A stretch of 64,000 nt of DNA from a virus. Below are positions 1-6,850 of this stretch, piece after piece. Within the stretch, counting starts at the first letter, position 1, and the number at the start of each line of letters is the position of its first letter. The notes beneath the pieces are model-generated. The model had not been told where the DNA came from. It did not search any database and saw nothing but the letters and a program-made list of their open reading frames with translations. The translations under genes were made by a program, and so were the position numbers. The stretch lies in IMG/VR virus record IMGVR_UViG_3300019776_000165, positions 29,562 through 93,561 of that record; one strand, given 5' to 3'.

Positions 1-475
1 TAAACTCGCTTGGTGGCACATAGTAACGGTTCTCGAAGTACTCGCCAACCTCTGGGACCTCTAACATTGGCAGGTAACCAAAGATGCGGACCTCTGAGAA
101 GGTGGTGTCGTCGACAACTTCTGTGCCTACAAGGATTTTGCGGGCTTGGATGTCTTTTTCCCACACTGGGACACCGTCACGGGTGCGGCGTGAGCGCACT
201 TCAATGTCTGTGCCAACATCTGGCAGGTTTTTGCGGTGGTTGTGTTCACTATTGGGGTAGGTGATTTGACCTCCCCATACTTGGTGTAAGTATTTTGCTA
301 CAGCCCATTCTGTGACGGCGGCTCGGAGCGACGCTAGAAGGTCATGCTCTAAATACTTTTTGTTGTTACCAGCGTAGGATGGCTTGTCTATGGAGCCCCA
401 CTTGCCCATCCACCTGTGTTTGGCGGCGTCTACGCACTGATGTACTTCTTCTTTTGTTAAATGAACAGTTATCAT
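1..475 (-). CDS. Hypothetical protein, PD-(D/E)XK-like fold (runs off window; missed by ORF track)
   Basis: ATG at 475 with SD GGAGG. Open frame MITVHLTKEEVHQC...NLPDVGTDIEVRSRR... continues to the window edge. Confidence 0.75.
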   Translation of the reverse strand, partial: MITVHLTKEEVHQCVDAAKHRWMGKWGSIDKPSYAGNNKKYLEHDLLASLRAAVTEWAVAKYLHQVWGGQITYPNSEHNHRKNLPDVGTDIEVRSRRTRDGVPVWEKDIQARKILVGTEVVDDTTFSEVRIFGYLPMLEVPEVGEYFENRYYVPPSEF

Positions 476-505
476 TTAATCCTCCTCACTGTCCAGTCTA
501 GTGGT

Positions 506-580
506 GTGGGGGAGATTTTCCAAGACGGTGGGGGGATGTTTTCCAACAGCGAAACAAGCAATAATGGTGGGGCGTTTTAC
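506..580. repeat. Imperfect direct repeats GTGGGG(G)...TTTTCCAA in a divergent intergenic region
   Basis: GTGGGGGAGATTTTCCAA 506-523, GTGGGGGGATGTTTTCCAA 528-546, partial GTGGGGCGTTTTAC 567-580. Confidence 0.5.
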
Positions 581-638
581 GATTAAATTTAGGTTTCTAT
601 CTGTCACACTAATAGAAAGACTTTAAGGAGTTAATGTC

Positions 639-896
639 ATGGAGTTCAGCAACCAGCCAATCCACAAGTTGCGTAGAGGCGCAGTCTACTCGATTGCATC
701 CGCAACAGGTGCAGCCATGGGACTTGCAGCAGGCCACCAAATGGGGCTACCAGCAGACGCAGACTTTTGGCACCACGCCGTAGGAGACGCAGTACTAGCA
801 GCCAGCGTAGCAGCCCCCGCACTAACAGCGGGCATCCTACACGGCACCGCTAAACTACACGACGCCGTCAGCAAGCGCCAATTCAAGCGCCGCTAA
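639..896 (+). CDS. Small Ala-rich hypothetical protein
   Basis: SD AAGGAG; two hydrophobic Ala/Gly segments; ends VSKRQFKRR. Confidence 0.65.
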   Translation: MEFSNQPIHKLRRGAVYSIASATGAAMGLAAGHQMGLPADADFWHHAVGDAVLAASVAAPALTAGILHGTAKLHDAVSKRQFKRR

Positions 897-944
897 AAAA
901 AAGTTCAAGGGGCGTAAAAAAATTTCCCACGGTTGGAGCCTTCA

Positions 945-1238
945 ATGGATAGAAACGAAGAGTTTGTTCGTGGCCGTGGCTACAAACTGTCTGACATAAG
1001 TAAAGGCCAGAACAAGTTCACTCAGCCTTGTTTTGAGTGTGATAGACGTGTATACCGCAGCGAAGGGCACATTGTGAAGCCTGAGGGAACAGACAAGATT
1101 CAAACAGTCTGTGTGGGGTGCTCCAGCAAATGGTTGTCTAAGTTGTCTTTGAAAGATGACTTAGTTATGAAGAACCTCAAAGACCAGGCCTGGGCTGAGG
1201 ATTACGCAAAGAAGCAGGGCGACGATGGGCAGAAGTAA
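945..1238 (+). CDS. Zinc-ribbon hypothetical protein
   Basis: CFEC...CVGC; ATG 945 follows GGAG. Confidence 0.7.
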   Translation: MDRNEEFVRGRGYKLSDISKGQNKFTQPCFECDRRVYRSEGHIVKPEGTDKIQTVCVGCSSKWLSKLSLKDDLVMKNLKDQAWAEDYAKKQGDDGQK

Positions 1239-1554
1239 CGCAGACTTCCACGGTGTGGAGATTAGTATTAAAGGCCATGACGACCTGGAGTCTGCTCAAG
1301 AGCACGGTGGCCCTTGGACTATCGAAGCCCATAAGGGCAATAAGCGGGTAGGTTACCTAGAGGGCAAAGGCGAAGTAAAAGATGTGTGGGTACATCCAGA
1401 CCATAGACGTCAAGGTATTGCCTCTGCTATGTACCGTAAAGCCCGACAATTGGGCATGACTCACTCTACAATTAGAACTGACGAGGGTGAGGCTTGGGCA
1501 AAGAGCACAAATGATTATGAACCACGTTGGCTAAGGAGCACACGCAATGACTAG
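1225..1554 (+). CDS. GNAT-family acetyltransferase
   Basis: Acetyl-CoA motif A VWVHPDHRRQGIASAMY. Confidence 0.8.
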   Translation: MGRSNADFHGVEISIKGHDDLESAQEHGGPWTIEAHKGNKRVGYLEGKGEVKDVWVHPDHRRQGIASAMYRKARQLGMTHSTIRTDEGEAWAKSTNDYEPRWLRSTRND

Positions 1555-2014
1555 AAATAACATAGATTTTCACGAAGCCAGCGGTAACCGTGTTCTTCAG
1601 ACATTTCGCACCGTTCATCCTGAAGGTAAGAACTCTGTGTACACCCGTCTCCCAGACAACCGTTGGGAGCGAGAGAAGACCGCAACTGGCGAGACTCACG
1701 CTCAAGACCACACAGTGTTTGTGCACCCAGACTATAAAGCAGGAATTAGTTGGGCAAACATGGAGGGCGGCGCAACTTTACTTAAAGGCGGAAAGATTCA
1801 CCACGTTGCTGGGGTAAATGAGTCAGTTCCTAAGAACCACCCAGACAGGTTGAGGATTGAGCCAGTTCCTGCTTCACACATCTCTTCTGAACCTAGAGAG
1901 GGTTGGACACCTGTAGAGTGGAGCACGGAAAACCGTCAAGGACGATTCCTAAGTTCTAGGCATGTGGGTCACCCAGTAGCGCCTATACAACATGGCGACT
2001 TCGTATCTCGTTAA
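1547..2014 (+). CDS. Hypothetical protein
   Basis: SD AAGGAG; overlaps GNAT stop; N-terminus resembles that of the GNAT protein. Confidence 0.7.
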   Translation: MTRNNIDFHEASGNRVLQTFRTVHPEGKNSVYTRLPDNRWEREKTATGETHAQDHTVFVHPDYKAGISWANMEGGATLLKGGKIHHVAGVNESVPKNHPDRLRIEPVPASHISSEPREGWTPVEWSTENRQGRFLSSRHVGHPVAPIQHGDFVSR

Positions 2015-2016
2015 TC

Positions 2017-2145
2017 TGTTATACTGAAATTAGACATGCCAATCGGGTGTCTGTAAGAAATACTGTGCTACGGGCAGTGTAAAAACGGTAGTGTAACTAC
2101 TGTAAAAATGGTATCGTAGCACAGTTGTCGTCTAAGGAGACAACA
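2017..2145 (+). promoter_or_regulatory. Extended -10 promoter and structured hsp20 5' leader with SD-sequestering hairpin
   Basis: TGtTATACT 2017-2025; stems ACTGTGCTACG/CGTAGCACAGT and GTTGTC-g-TC-TAAG-GA-GACAAC. Confidence 0.55.
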
Positions 2146-2664
2146 ATGGATACAAACTACCACCCCACTGACCCTCATGAGAAGTACAAGAAAAGGTACC
2201 CTAACTCTATTGAGGTTGACACGTGGAAGACCCCTCCGCAGGTTCAGAAGACCCTAACTATTGCGGACCTATTTCCTCGTCTAGACCGCCTATCTATCGG
2301 CTGGTCCCCACTCCTTGACCAACTCAAGGAAGTAACTAACAACAAGCCCTCTTATCCTCCATACGACATTGTGTCGTTGAAGGATGACGTCAACCTGCTC
2401 AATGTGGCTGTTGCTGGTTTCACTAAGAAGGAACTCAAAGTATCCATTCAGGATTCCGTCCTAACCATTGAAGGTAAGCGGGCAATCAAGCAAACTGGTG
2501 AACTTCTTTACCAAGGCATTGCTGCTCGTGATTTCAAGTTAGAGTTGGCTGTCGCTGAGTACTGGGAAATTACTAATGCTCAGTTGGAGAATGGTATGCT
2601 TACCATTCAGTTCAACAAAGAACTTCCTGAAGAAAAGAAGCCAAAGGTTATTGACATCAAGTAA
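2146..2664 (+). CDS. hsp20: Small heat-shock protein (Hsp20/IbpA-like)
   Basis: SYPPYDI, AVAGF, YQGIAARDF, LENGMLTI, PKVIDIK. Likely start ATG 2146 after AAGGAG. Confidence 0.92.
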   Translation: MDTNYHPTDPHEKYKKRYPNSIEVDTWKTPPQVQKTLTIADLFPRLDRLSIGWSPLLDQLKEVTNNKPSYPPYDIVSLKDDVNLLNVAVAGFTKKELKVSIQDSVLTIEGKRAIKQTGELLYQGIAARDFKLELAVAEYWEITNAQLENGMLTIQFNKELPEEKKPKVIDIK

Positions 2665-2678
2665 AGATGTGATAATCT
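2651..2678 (+). promoter_or_regulatory. SigA-type promoter for the RNA operon
   Basis: TTGACA 2651-2656, 16-bp spacer, extended -10 TGa-TAATCT. Confidence 0.7.
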
Positions 2679-2685
2679 TTTTCTT

Positions 2686-2852
2686 ACTAAGGGTTAATCG
2701 CCTTAGTCGGAAAGTTGGCAACCGTAATAAGCCAAACGCTGTCCAGGCAGAGTGAACAATCTGGCGTGAGGAGTTCTACGAGAAAACTCGGAGTTAGTCA
2801 CTCGGCTTAGGGAACGACTCACGGGGCACCAGCCTGATTAGTTGGGTGCCCC
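2686..2852 (+). ncRNA. Unassigned structured RNA A
   Basis: Successive stems ACTAAGG/CCTTAGT, TTGGC/GCCAA, CCAG/CTGG, CGTGAG/CTCACG junction, GGGGCACC/GGTGCCCC; no credible ORF. Confidence 0.6.
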
Positions 2853-2856
2853 ACTT

Positions 2857-2929
2857 TGACCTATGGCGCAATTGGCAGCGCAAGGAACTGTTAATTCCGA
2901 GGTTCTTGGTTCGAGTCCAAGTAGGTCAG
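2857..2929 (+). tRNA. tRNA-Asn (GTT)
   Basis: Acceptor TGACCTA/TAGGTCA, anticodon arm GGAA-CTGTTAA-TTCC, T-loop GGTTCGAGTCC. Confidence 0.93.
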
Positions 2930-2945
2930 CAAACAGAATCTCGAC

Positions 2946-3113
2946 GGAGAGTCTGGAGCATGGCTGAACGAAGCCCCTTGTCTAGATGGGGTGAGAAAGG
3001 CACACGGTTGGGATTAGCGTCCCCGCTCTTAGCGGAGCACGGCTGTGGTAGGACTAAGGCGGTACTATAATGTGGTATCTAGACTTCTCCTTGGTGGTAA
3101 TAGACAACCCACC
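2946..3113 (+). ncRNA. Unassigned structured RNA B
   Basis: 12-bp closing helix 2946-2957/3078-3090; twin hairpins with identical TTAGCG loops; loop TTGTCTA complementary to loop TAGACAA. Confidence 0.68.
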
Positions 3114-3124
3114 TGCTCACCTTT

Positions 3125-3196
3125 GCCTCTATAGTTAAACGGCTATAACCACGCTCTTGTAAAGCGTAATTGAGGGTTCGATTCCTTCTAGGGGCT
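3125..3196 (+). tRNA. tRNA-Thr (TGT)
   Basis: Acceptor GCCTCTA/TAGGGGC, anticodon arm ACGCT-CTTGTAA-AGCGT, T-loop GGTTCGATTCC. Confidence 0.92.
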
Positions 3197-3212
3197 CGGA
3201 AAGGAGCACAAC

Positions 3213-3500
3213 ATGACTACCATGCAAAACTTAAAGCGTAAACTAGCCGCTTCAGAAAGTCGTTGGGAAGCAGTTCAACTTACTGCTGCTAATGCACAGC
3301 ATGAACTTGACTACGCTGTGGCAATCTTTGAGAAGCACAAAGAAGAGTTGTCTACTGAAGAGTTGCAATCGACTATGGCTCAGATTGACGAGCAGAAGAA
3401 TAAAATCAAAAACTATTTGTTGAATGGACGTCAGGTTTTCACTCAAGACAGCCTGCGTCTAAACGGCGCTATAAGCCGTTTGGAGGAGAAGAATGCCTAG
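3213..3500 (+). CDS. Coiled-coil hypothetical protein
   Basis: SD AAGGAG; helical heptad composition. Confidence 0.7.
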   Translation: MTTMQNLKRKLAASESRWEAVQLTAANAQHELDYAVAIFEKHKEELSTEELQSTMAQIDEQKNKIKNYLLNGRQVFTQDSLRLNGAISRLEEKNA

Positions 3501-3663
3501 TTACGCCTATCGATGCCCAAAGTGTCTTGACGTCCAGATTATAGCCCATTCCATGGCTGATACGCCCACTGTCCTGTGCGCTGCTTGCAGTGTAAGTCGT
3601 GTTAAAGTCCCTCAGACTGTTGGAGTTGCCTTCAAAGGTGGCGGCTGGGGCAAAGATAGTTAA
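3493..3663 (+). CDS. FmdB-family zinc-ribbon protein (56 aa, below ORF-track cutoff)
   Basis: MPSYAYRCPKC...LCAAC...FKGGGWG; SD GGAGGAG. Confidence 0.85.
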   Translation: MPSYAYRCPKCLDVQIIAHSMADTPTVLCAACSVSRVKVPQTVGVAFKGGGWGKDS

Positions 3664-3680
3664 TTTTTAGTTAGCAACTG

Positions 3681-3714
3681 GAGACCCTAGTACTTATGTG
3701 CTAGGGTTTTTCTT
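3681..3714 (+). terminator. Intrinsic terminator
   Basis: GACCCTAGTAC-TTAT-GTGCTAGGGTT plus T tract. Confidence 0.75.
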
Positions 3715-3785
3715 ACAACTGAATAGAGAGCAACACTTTAACAATAAACGACCAAGTACTCACGCAAGGAAAGGTAGGTCGCTAA

Positions 3786-4355
3786 ATGAAGAAGTTCATT
3801 GCAATTAGTGCCGTTGCACTAGTAATGACAGGCTGCGGTTCAACATCGGCTGCAGCACACGAAAGAACTAGTGCAGTAGTTCTCCAGCCACAGACCGTGG
3901 CTGTTTCTTTTCTGAACAACCTAGAGGCGAAGCAACAAAGTTTTCTTCGAACCATGGAACTTCAGCAGGGAAGCAACAAGATAGAGAAGGTAATCAATAA
4001 CCTAAAACCACACATCAACAAAACTTGGTATGTGTTTTCAGGGGCCAGCCCTAATGGTTGGGACTGTTCAGGTATGACAATGTGGGCTTACTCCCAAATT
4101 GGAATTAATCTTGAGCATCGAGCATCAAAACAGCAAAACGCTGGAATACAGGTGAAGTCTCCTAAGCGTGGAGACATCGTAGTATTCACCTATAAGGGAA
4201 GCAAGTCTGCTTATCACGTAGGCATTTACGTTTCCCCCGATAAAATGATTCATGCTGGTGGTGGAAGAGGCGAACACACAAGTGTCGTTTCCATCAGCAA
4301 GTTCGCTGGCAAATACAGCAAAGTCACTTATCGTAGACTTCTCGAATCTTTGTGA
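3786..4355 (+). CDS. NlpC/P60 peptidoglycan hydrolase with lipoprotein-like signal peptide
   Basis: GWDCSG, GDIV, HVGIY, MIHA; N-terminal hydrophobic stretch ending MTGC. Confidence 0.9.
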   Translation: MKKFIAISAVALVMTGCGSTSAAAHERTSAVVLQPQTVAVSFLNNLEAKQQSFLRTMELQQGSNKIEKVINNLKPHINKTWYVFSGASPNGWDCSGMTMWAYSQIGINLEHRASKQQNAGIQVKSPKRGDIVVFTYKGSKSAYHVGIYVSPDKMIHAGGGRGEHTSVVSISKFAGKYSKVTYRRLLESL

Positions 4356-4372
4356 TAAACTAATAAAGTAAA

Positions 4373-4415
4373 AACTCCCCCGCTGGCATTCGCTGGTGGG
4401 GGAGTTGTCTTTTTT
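4373..4415 (+). terminator. Intrinsic terminator
   Basis: AACTCCCCCGCTGGC/GCTGGTGGGGGAGTT followed by T run. Confidence 0.75.
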
Positions 4416-4432
4416 GTGTTAGGATTTCTGGC

Positions 4433-5125
4433 ATGGATATTCAATTTCGTTCAGATATGACCGTAGAACTAATCGACTCAATGGGAGGTGACTACAGTGT
4501 TGTTCGGAGTGCTCGTGTTAGTAGCGGTAGTGTTGCTAATGATTCATCTAGCGACGTGGGGCTAATCAACTACCTCATGCGTGACCGTCACGGCTCGCCA
4601 TTTGAGCACGCTGTGTTTACTTTCCGTATTGAAGCCCCACTATTTGTATTCAGGGAGTTTCAGCGTCATCGTATGGCTTCCTACAATGAGGAGTCTGGCC
4701 GTTACAAGGAACTAGAGCCTGTGTTCTATGTCCCAAATGGGGACCGTAACCTAATTCAGATTGGCAAACCTGGTGCTTACACATTTGAACCAGGAAGTGA
4801 ATACCAGCAAAAACTTACTATTGACTTACTTAAACAAACTGCTAGGGGAAGTTACAATGTGTACTTCAACTTGCTAGGTGCTGGGGTAGCCCGTGAAGTG
4901 TCCCGAATGGCATTGCCTCTAAACATCTACAGTTCAATGTATGTAACTATGAACGCTCGTTCTCTAATGAACTTCTTGTCGCTTCGCAGCGACGAGCAGG
5001 GAACTTATCCGTCGTTTCCACAGGCTGAGATTGCTTGGGTGGCTAGGGACATGGAACTTATATTCAGTGAGAAAATGCCTCACACTCACATGTCGTTTGT
5101 AAAGAATGGGCGAGTAGCCCCTTAG
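4433..5125 (+). CDS. thyX: Flavin-dependent thymidylate synthase
   Basis: HGSPFEH and RHRMASYNEESGRY signature; leaderless-type promoter TGtTAGGAT 7 nt before ATG. Confidence 0.95.
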   Translation: MDIQFRSDMTVELIDSMGGDYSVVRSARVSSGSVANDSSSDVGLINYLMRDRHGSPFEHAVFTFRIEAPLFVFREFQRHRMASYNEESGRYKELEPVFYVPNGDRNLIQIGKPGAYTFEPGSEYQQKLTIDLLKQTARGSYNVYFNLLGAGVAREVSRMALPLNIYSSMYVTMNARSLMNFLSLRSDEQGTYPSFPQAEIAWVARDMELIFSEKMPHTHMSFVKNGRVAP

Positions 5126-5199
5126 TGGCTCCCCGCCAAGGATTCGAACCTCGATAACCAGGACCAAAACCTGGGGTCTTGCCGTTAGACGAACGGGGA
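5126..5199 (-). tRNA. tRNA-Gln (TTG) with encoded CCA
   Basis: Reverse complement TCCCCGT...CCAGG-TTTTGGT-CCTGG...GGTTCGAATCC...GCGGGGAGCCA; own TGaTAGGCT promoter 5210-5218. Confidence 0.93.
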
Positions 5200-5279
5200 A
5201 TGTTTGGCCAGCCTATCACAGTTTATTTTGCGATACTAGATGCGTACACATGAACTAACTTTAAGGCAGAGACTGACAT

Positions 5280-5495
5280 ATGCTATCTAACGTTGAATTT
5301 GGGCGGGGAATGAGCCAAGGCTCTTCTACCGATTCAAAGCAATGGACAGACAATAACGCTGCCTACAGTCGCTCAGGTTCTGTGGCAGAAGACCCCCGCT
5401 ACGATGGGGCAAGTTCAGACAACATGAAGTTTGACGGAGATAAGAGCGGTTCTGGCAATAACCCCAACATTGGGAAGATTGGATGGGGCTCGTGA
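5280..5495 (+). CDS. Small Gly/Ser/Asn-rich hypothetical protein
   Basis: ORF coupled to the next gene by GTGA overlap. Confidence 0.6.
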   Translation: MLSNVEFGRGMSQGSSTDSKQWTDNNAAYSRSGSVAEDPRYDGASSDNMKFDGDKSGSGNNPNIGKIGWGS

Positions 5496-5803
5496 GTGCT
5501 CCTCTTTCAGGCCAGTTTAATCAGGACATCAATCAGGCTACGGGCTATTTTGGTGGCCCTCGTAGGCAGATAGCCCCTCGTGGAGTTATTGGCATTCCAC
5601 AAGACGGACCAGTCTACGCTGGGTCCGCAGGAATTTATTGGAACCAGATGCCCGCATTTATCGCAGGTATTTCTGACTACTCAGGACTAAGCACAGAGAC
5701 AGGCGTCCCTATGGGTACCCCCGATGTGCAGAACGAGGCAAAAGTTGGTGGAGGACCCGCACAAGCGGAAGTCCCTGACTACGGCGGTACAGCCGCTTAC
5801 TAA
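5492..5803 (+). CDS. Hypothetical protein
   Basis: GTG start overlapping the previous TGA. Confidence 0.6.
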   Translation: MSAPLSGQFNQDINQATGYFGGPRRQIAPRGVIGIPQDGPVYAGSAGIYWNQMPAFIAGISDYSGLSTETGVPMGTPDVQNEAKVGGGPAQAEVPDYGGTAAY

Positions 5804-5811
5804 GGAGAGAT

Positions 5812-6687
5812 TTGAAGACACTGCGGATAATCGCAGTACTAATCGTCGTAATATTCCTTGCATTTGCACCGCTACTAGCCGTAATACCAGCCCTTGCTAA
5901 TGAGACCGTAAACGGTTCTGCCTGGGAAAATGAAACCCTTTCATTGACAGCCCCCGAAGGCTATTACTTCAGCGGGGTTGAGTCGTCGTACTATGGCAAC
6001 CCTCATACTGACCAAGCCATTGGTTGCTCCGCAACTGACCCCGCTCCAGTCTTTGCTGCTTTTGTTGGAAAGACATCGGGAAGCATTGTGGCTAGTAATG
6101 GCGTATTTGGTGACCCATGCCCTGGAGTCTACAAGATTCTTACTGTGGCATTGTTTATTCAGCCTGTGGCAACTCCCACACCAACCCCTACTAGGCCAGT
6201 CAGGCCTCGACCTACTCACACCTCAACGTGGACTCCTAAGCCTACCGTGGAACCAAGTGCAACACCTACAGAAAGTGCAACACCTGAGCCTACGGTAACT
6301 CCTTCCCCAACCCCAAGTGCAACGGAGGAACCGACAGTTGAACCAACACCCACTCCCACTACACCTACGCAAGAGCCAACATCTACACTTACGCCGACCA
6401 AGAAACCTACTTCAATCCCAAGTCAGGCGTTCACCCCAACGCCAGTCACTCCAGAGCCGAGCAGTAGCCCCGAAGTTACTCCCGTAGAACCAACTCCGAC
6501 ACCAACTGTTGAGGCTCCAACAGAAGAAGTGCTGCCTATTTTGGCAGTGGCTGATGCTTTGAACAACATCGGTAAAGACATGTCCCCAGAAGTACGCAAA
6601 CGGGCTCAGAAAGAAGTAATCGCTGCCGTGATTGTCACACAGGTAGCCCAAACAGCAGTCGCAGCAGCGGCTAGAAGAAGGAAATAA
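5812..6687 (+). CDS. Secreted/anchored protein with SUEL-type lectin-like domain and Pro/Thr stalk
   Basis: Signal peptide; SNGVFGDPCPGVYKIL; long PT/EPT region; C-terminal hydrophobic helix plus RRRK. Confidence 0.75.
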   Translation: MKTLRIIAVLIVVIFLAFAPLLAVIPALANETVNGSAWENETLSLTAPEGYYFSGVESSYYGNPHTDQAIGCSATDPAPVFAAFVGKTSGSIVASNGVFGDPCPGVYKILTVALFIQPVATPTPTPTRPVRPRPTHTSTWTPKPTVEPSATPTESATPEPTVTPSPTPSATEEPTVEPTPTPTTPTQEPTSTLTPTKKPTSIPSQAFTPTPVTPEPSSSPEVTPVEPTPTPTVEAPTEEVLPILAVADALNNIGKDMSPEVRKRAQKEVIAAVIVTQVAQTAVAAAARRRK

Positions 6688-6848
6688 TGAAGATTCTAAA
6701 AGACCTGCTGGACCAGGCTTGGACACTACTAGGTATGTTCATTGCTTGGCTAGTCCTAGAAGGCTCTGCTCGCACAGTAGTTGGCTGGGGAATCCTGCTA
6801 ACTATTGGTGTATGGGTAGCAACGTTCCCACTAAGAAATAAGGAATAA
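6687..6848 (+). CDS. 53-aa two-TM membrane protein (missed by ORF track)
   Basis: MKILKDLLDQAWTLLGMFIAWLVLEGSARTVVGWGILLTIGVWVATFPLRNKE; TAATG overlap. Confidence 0.75.
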   Translation: MKILKDLLDQAWTLLGMFIAWLVLEGSARTVVGWGILLTIGVWVATFPLRNKE

Positions 6849-6850
6849 AT

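Noticed and set aside
10-264. + strand 84-aa ORF
   Set aside because: Shadow of the better minus-strand gene 475 to <1
2708-2812. RNase P-like GGAAAG and CGGCTTA segments in RNA A
   Set aside because: P4 pairing weak; P1, P2 and other conserved regions not found
2964-3000. Hammerhead-like CTGAACGA...GAAA in RNA B
   Set aside because: Extra core nucleotide, and stems I and III cannot be formed
2846-3070. 74-aa ORF
   Set aside because: Overlies tRNA-Asn and RNA B; no SD or recognisable motif
2930-3120. tmRNA-like (TCTCGACGG followed by a long helix)
   Set aside because: No Ala acceptor stem, canonical T-loop or tag ORF; too short
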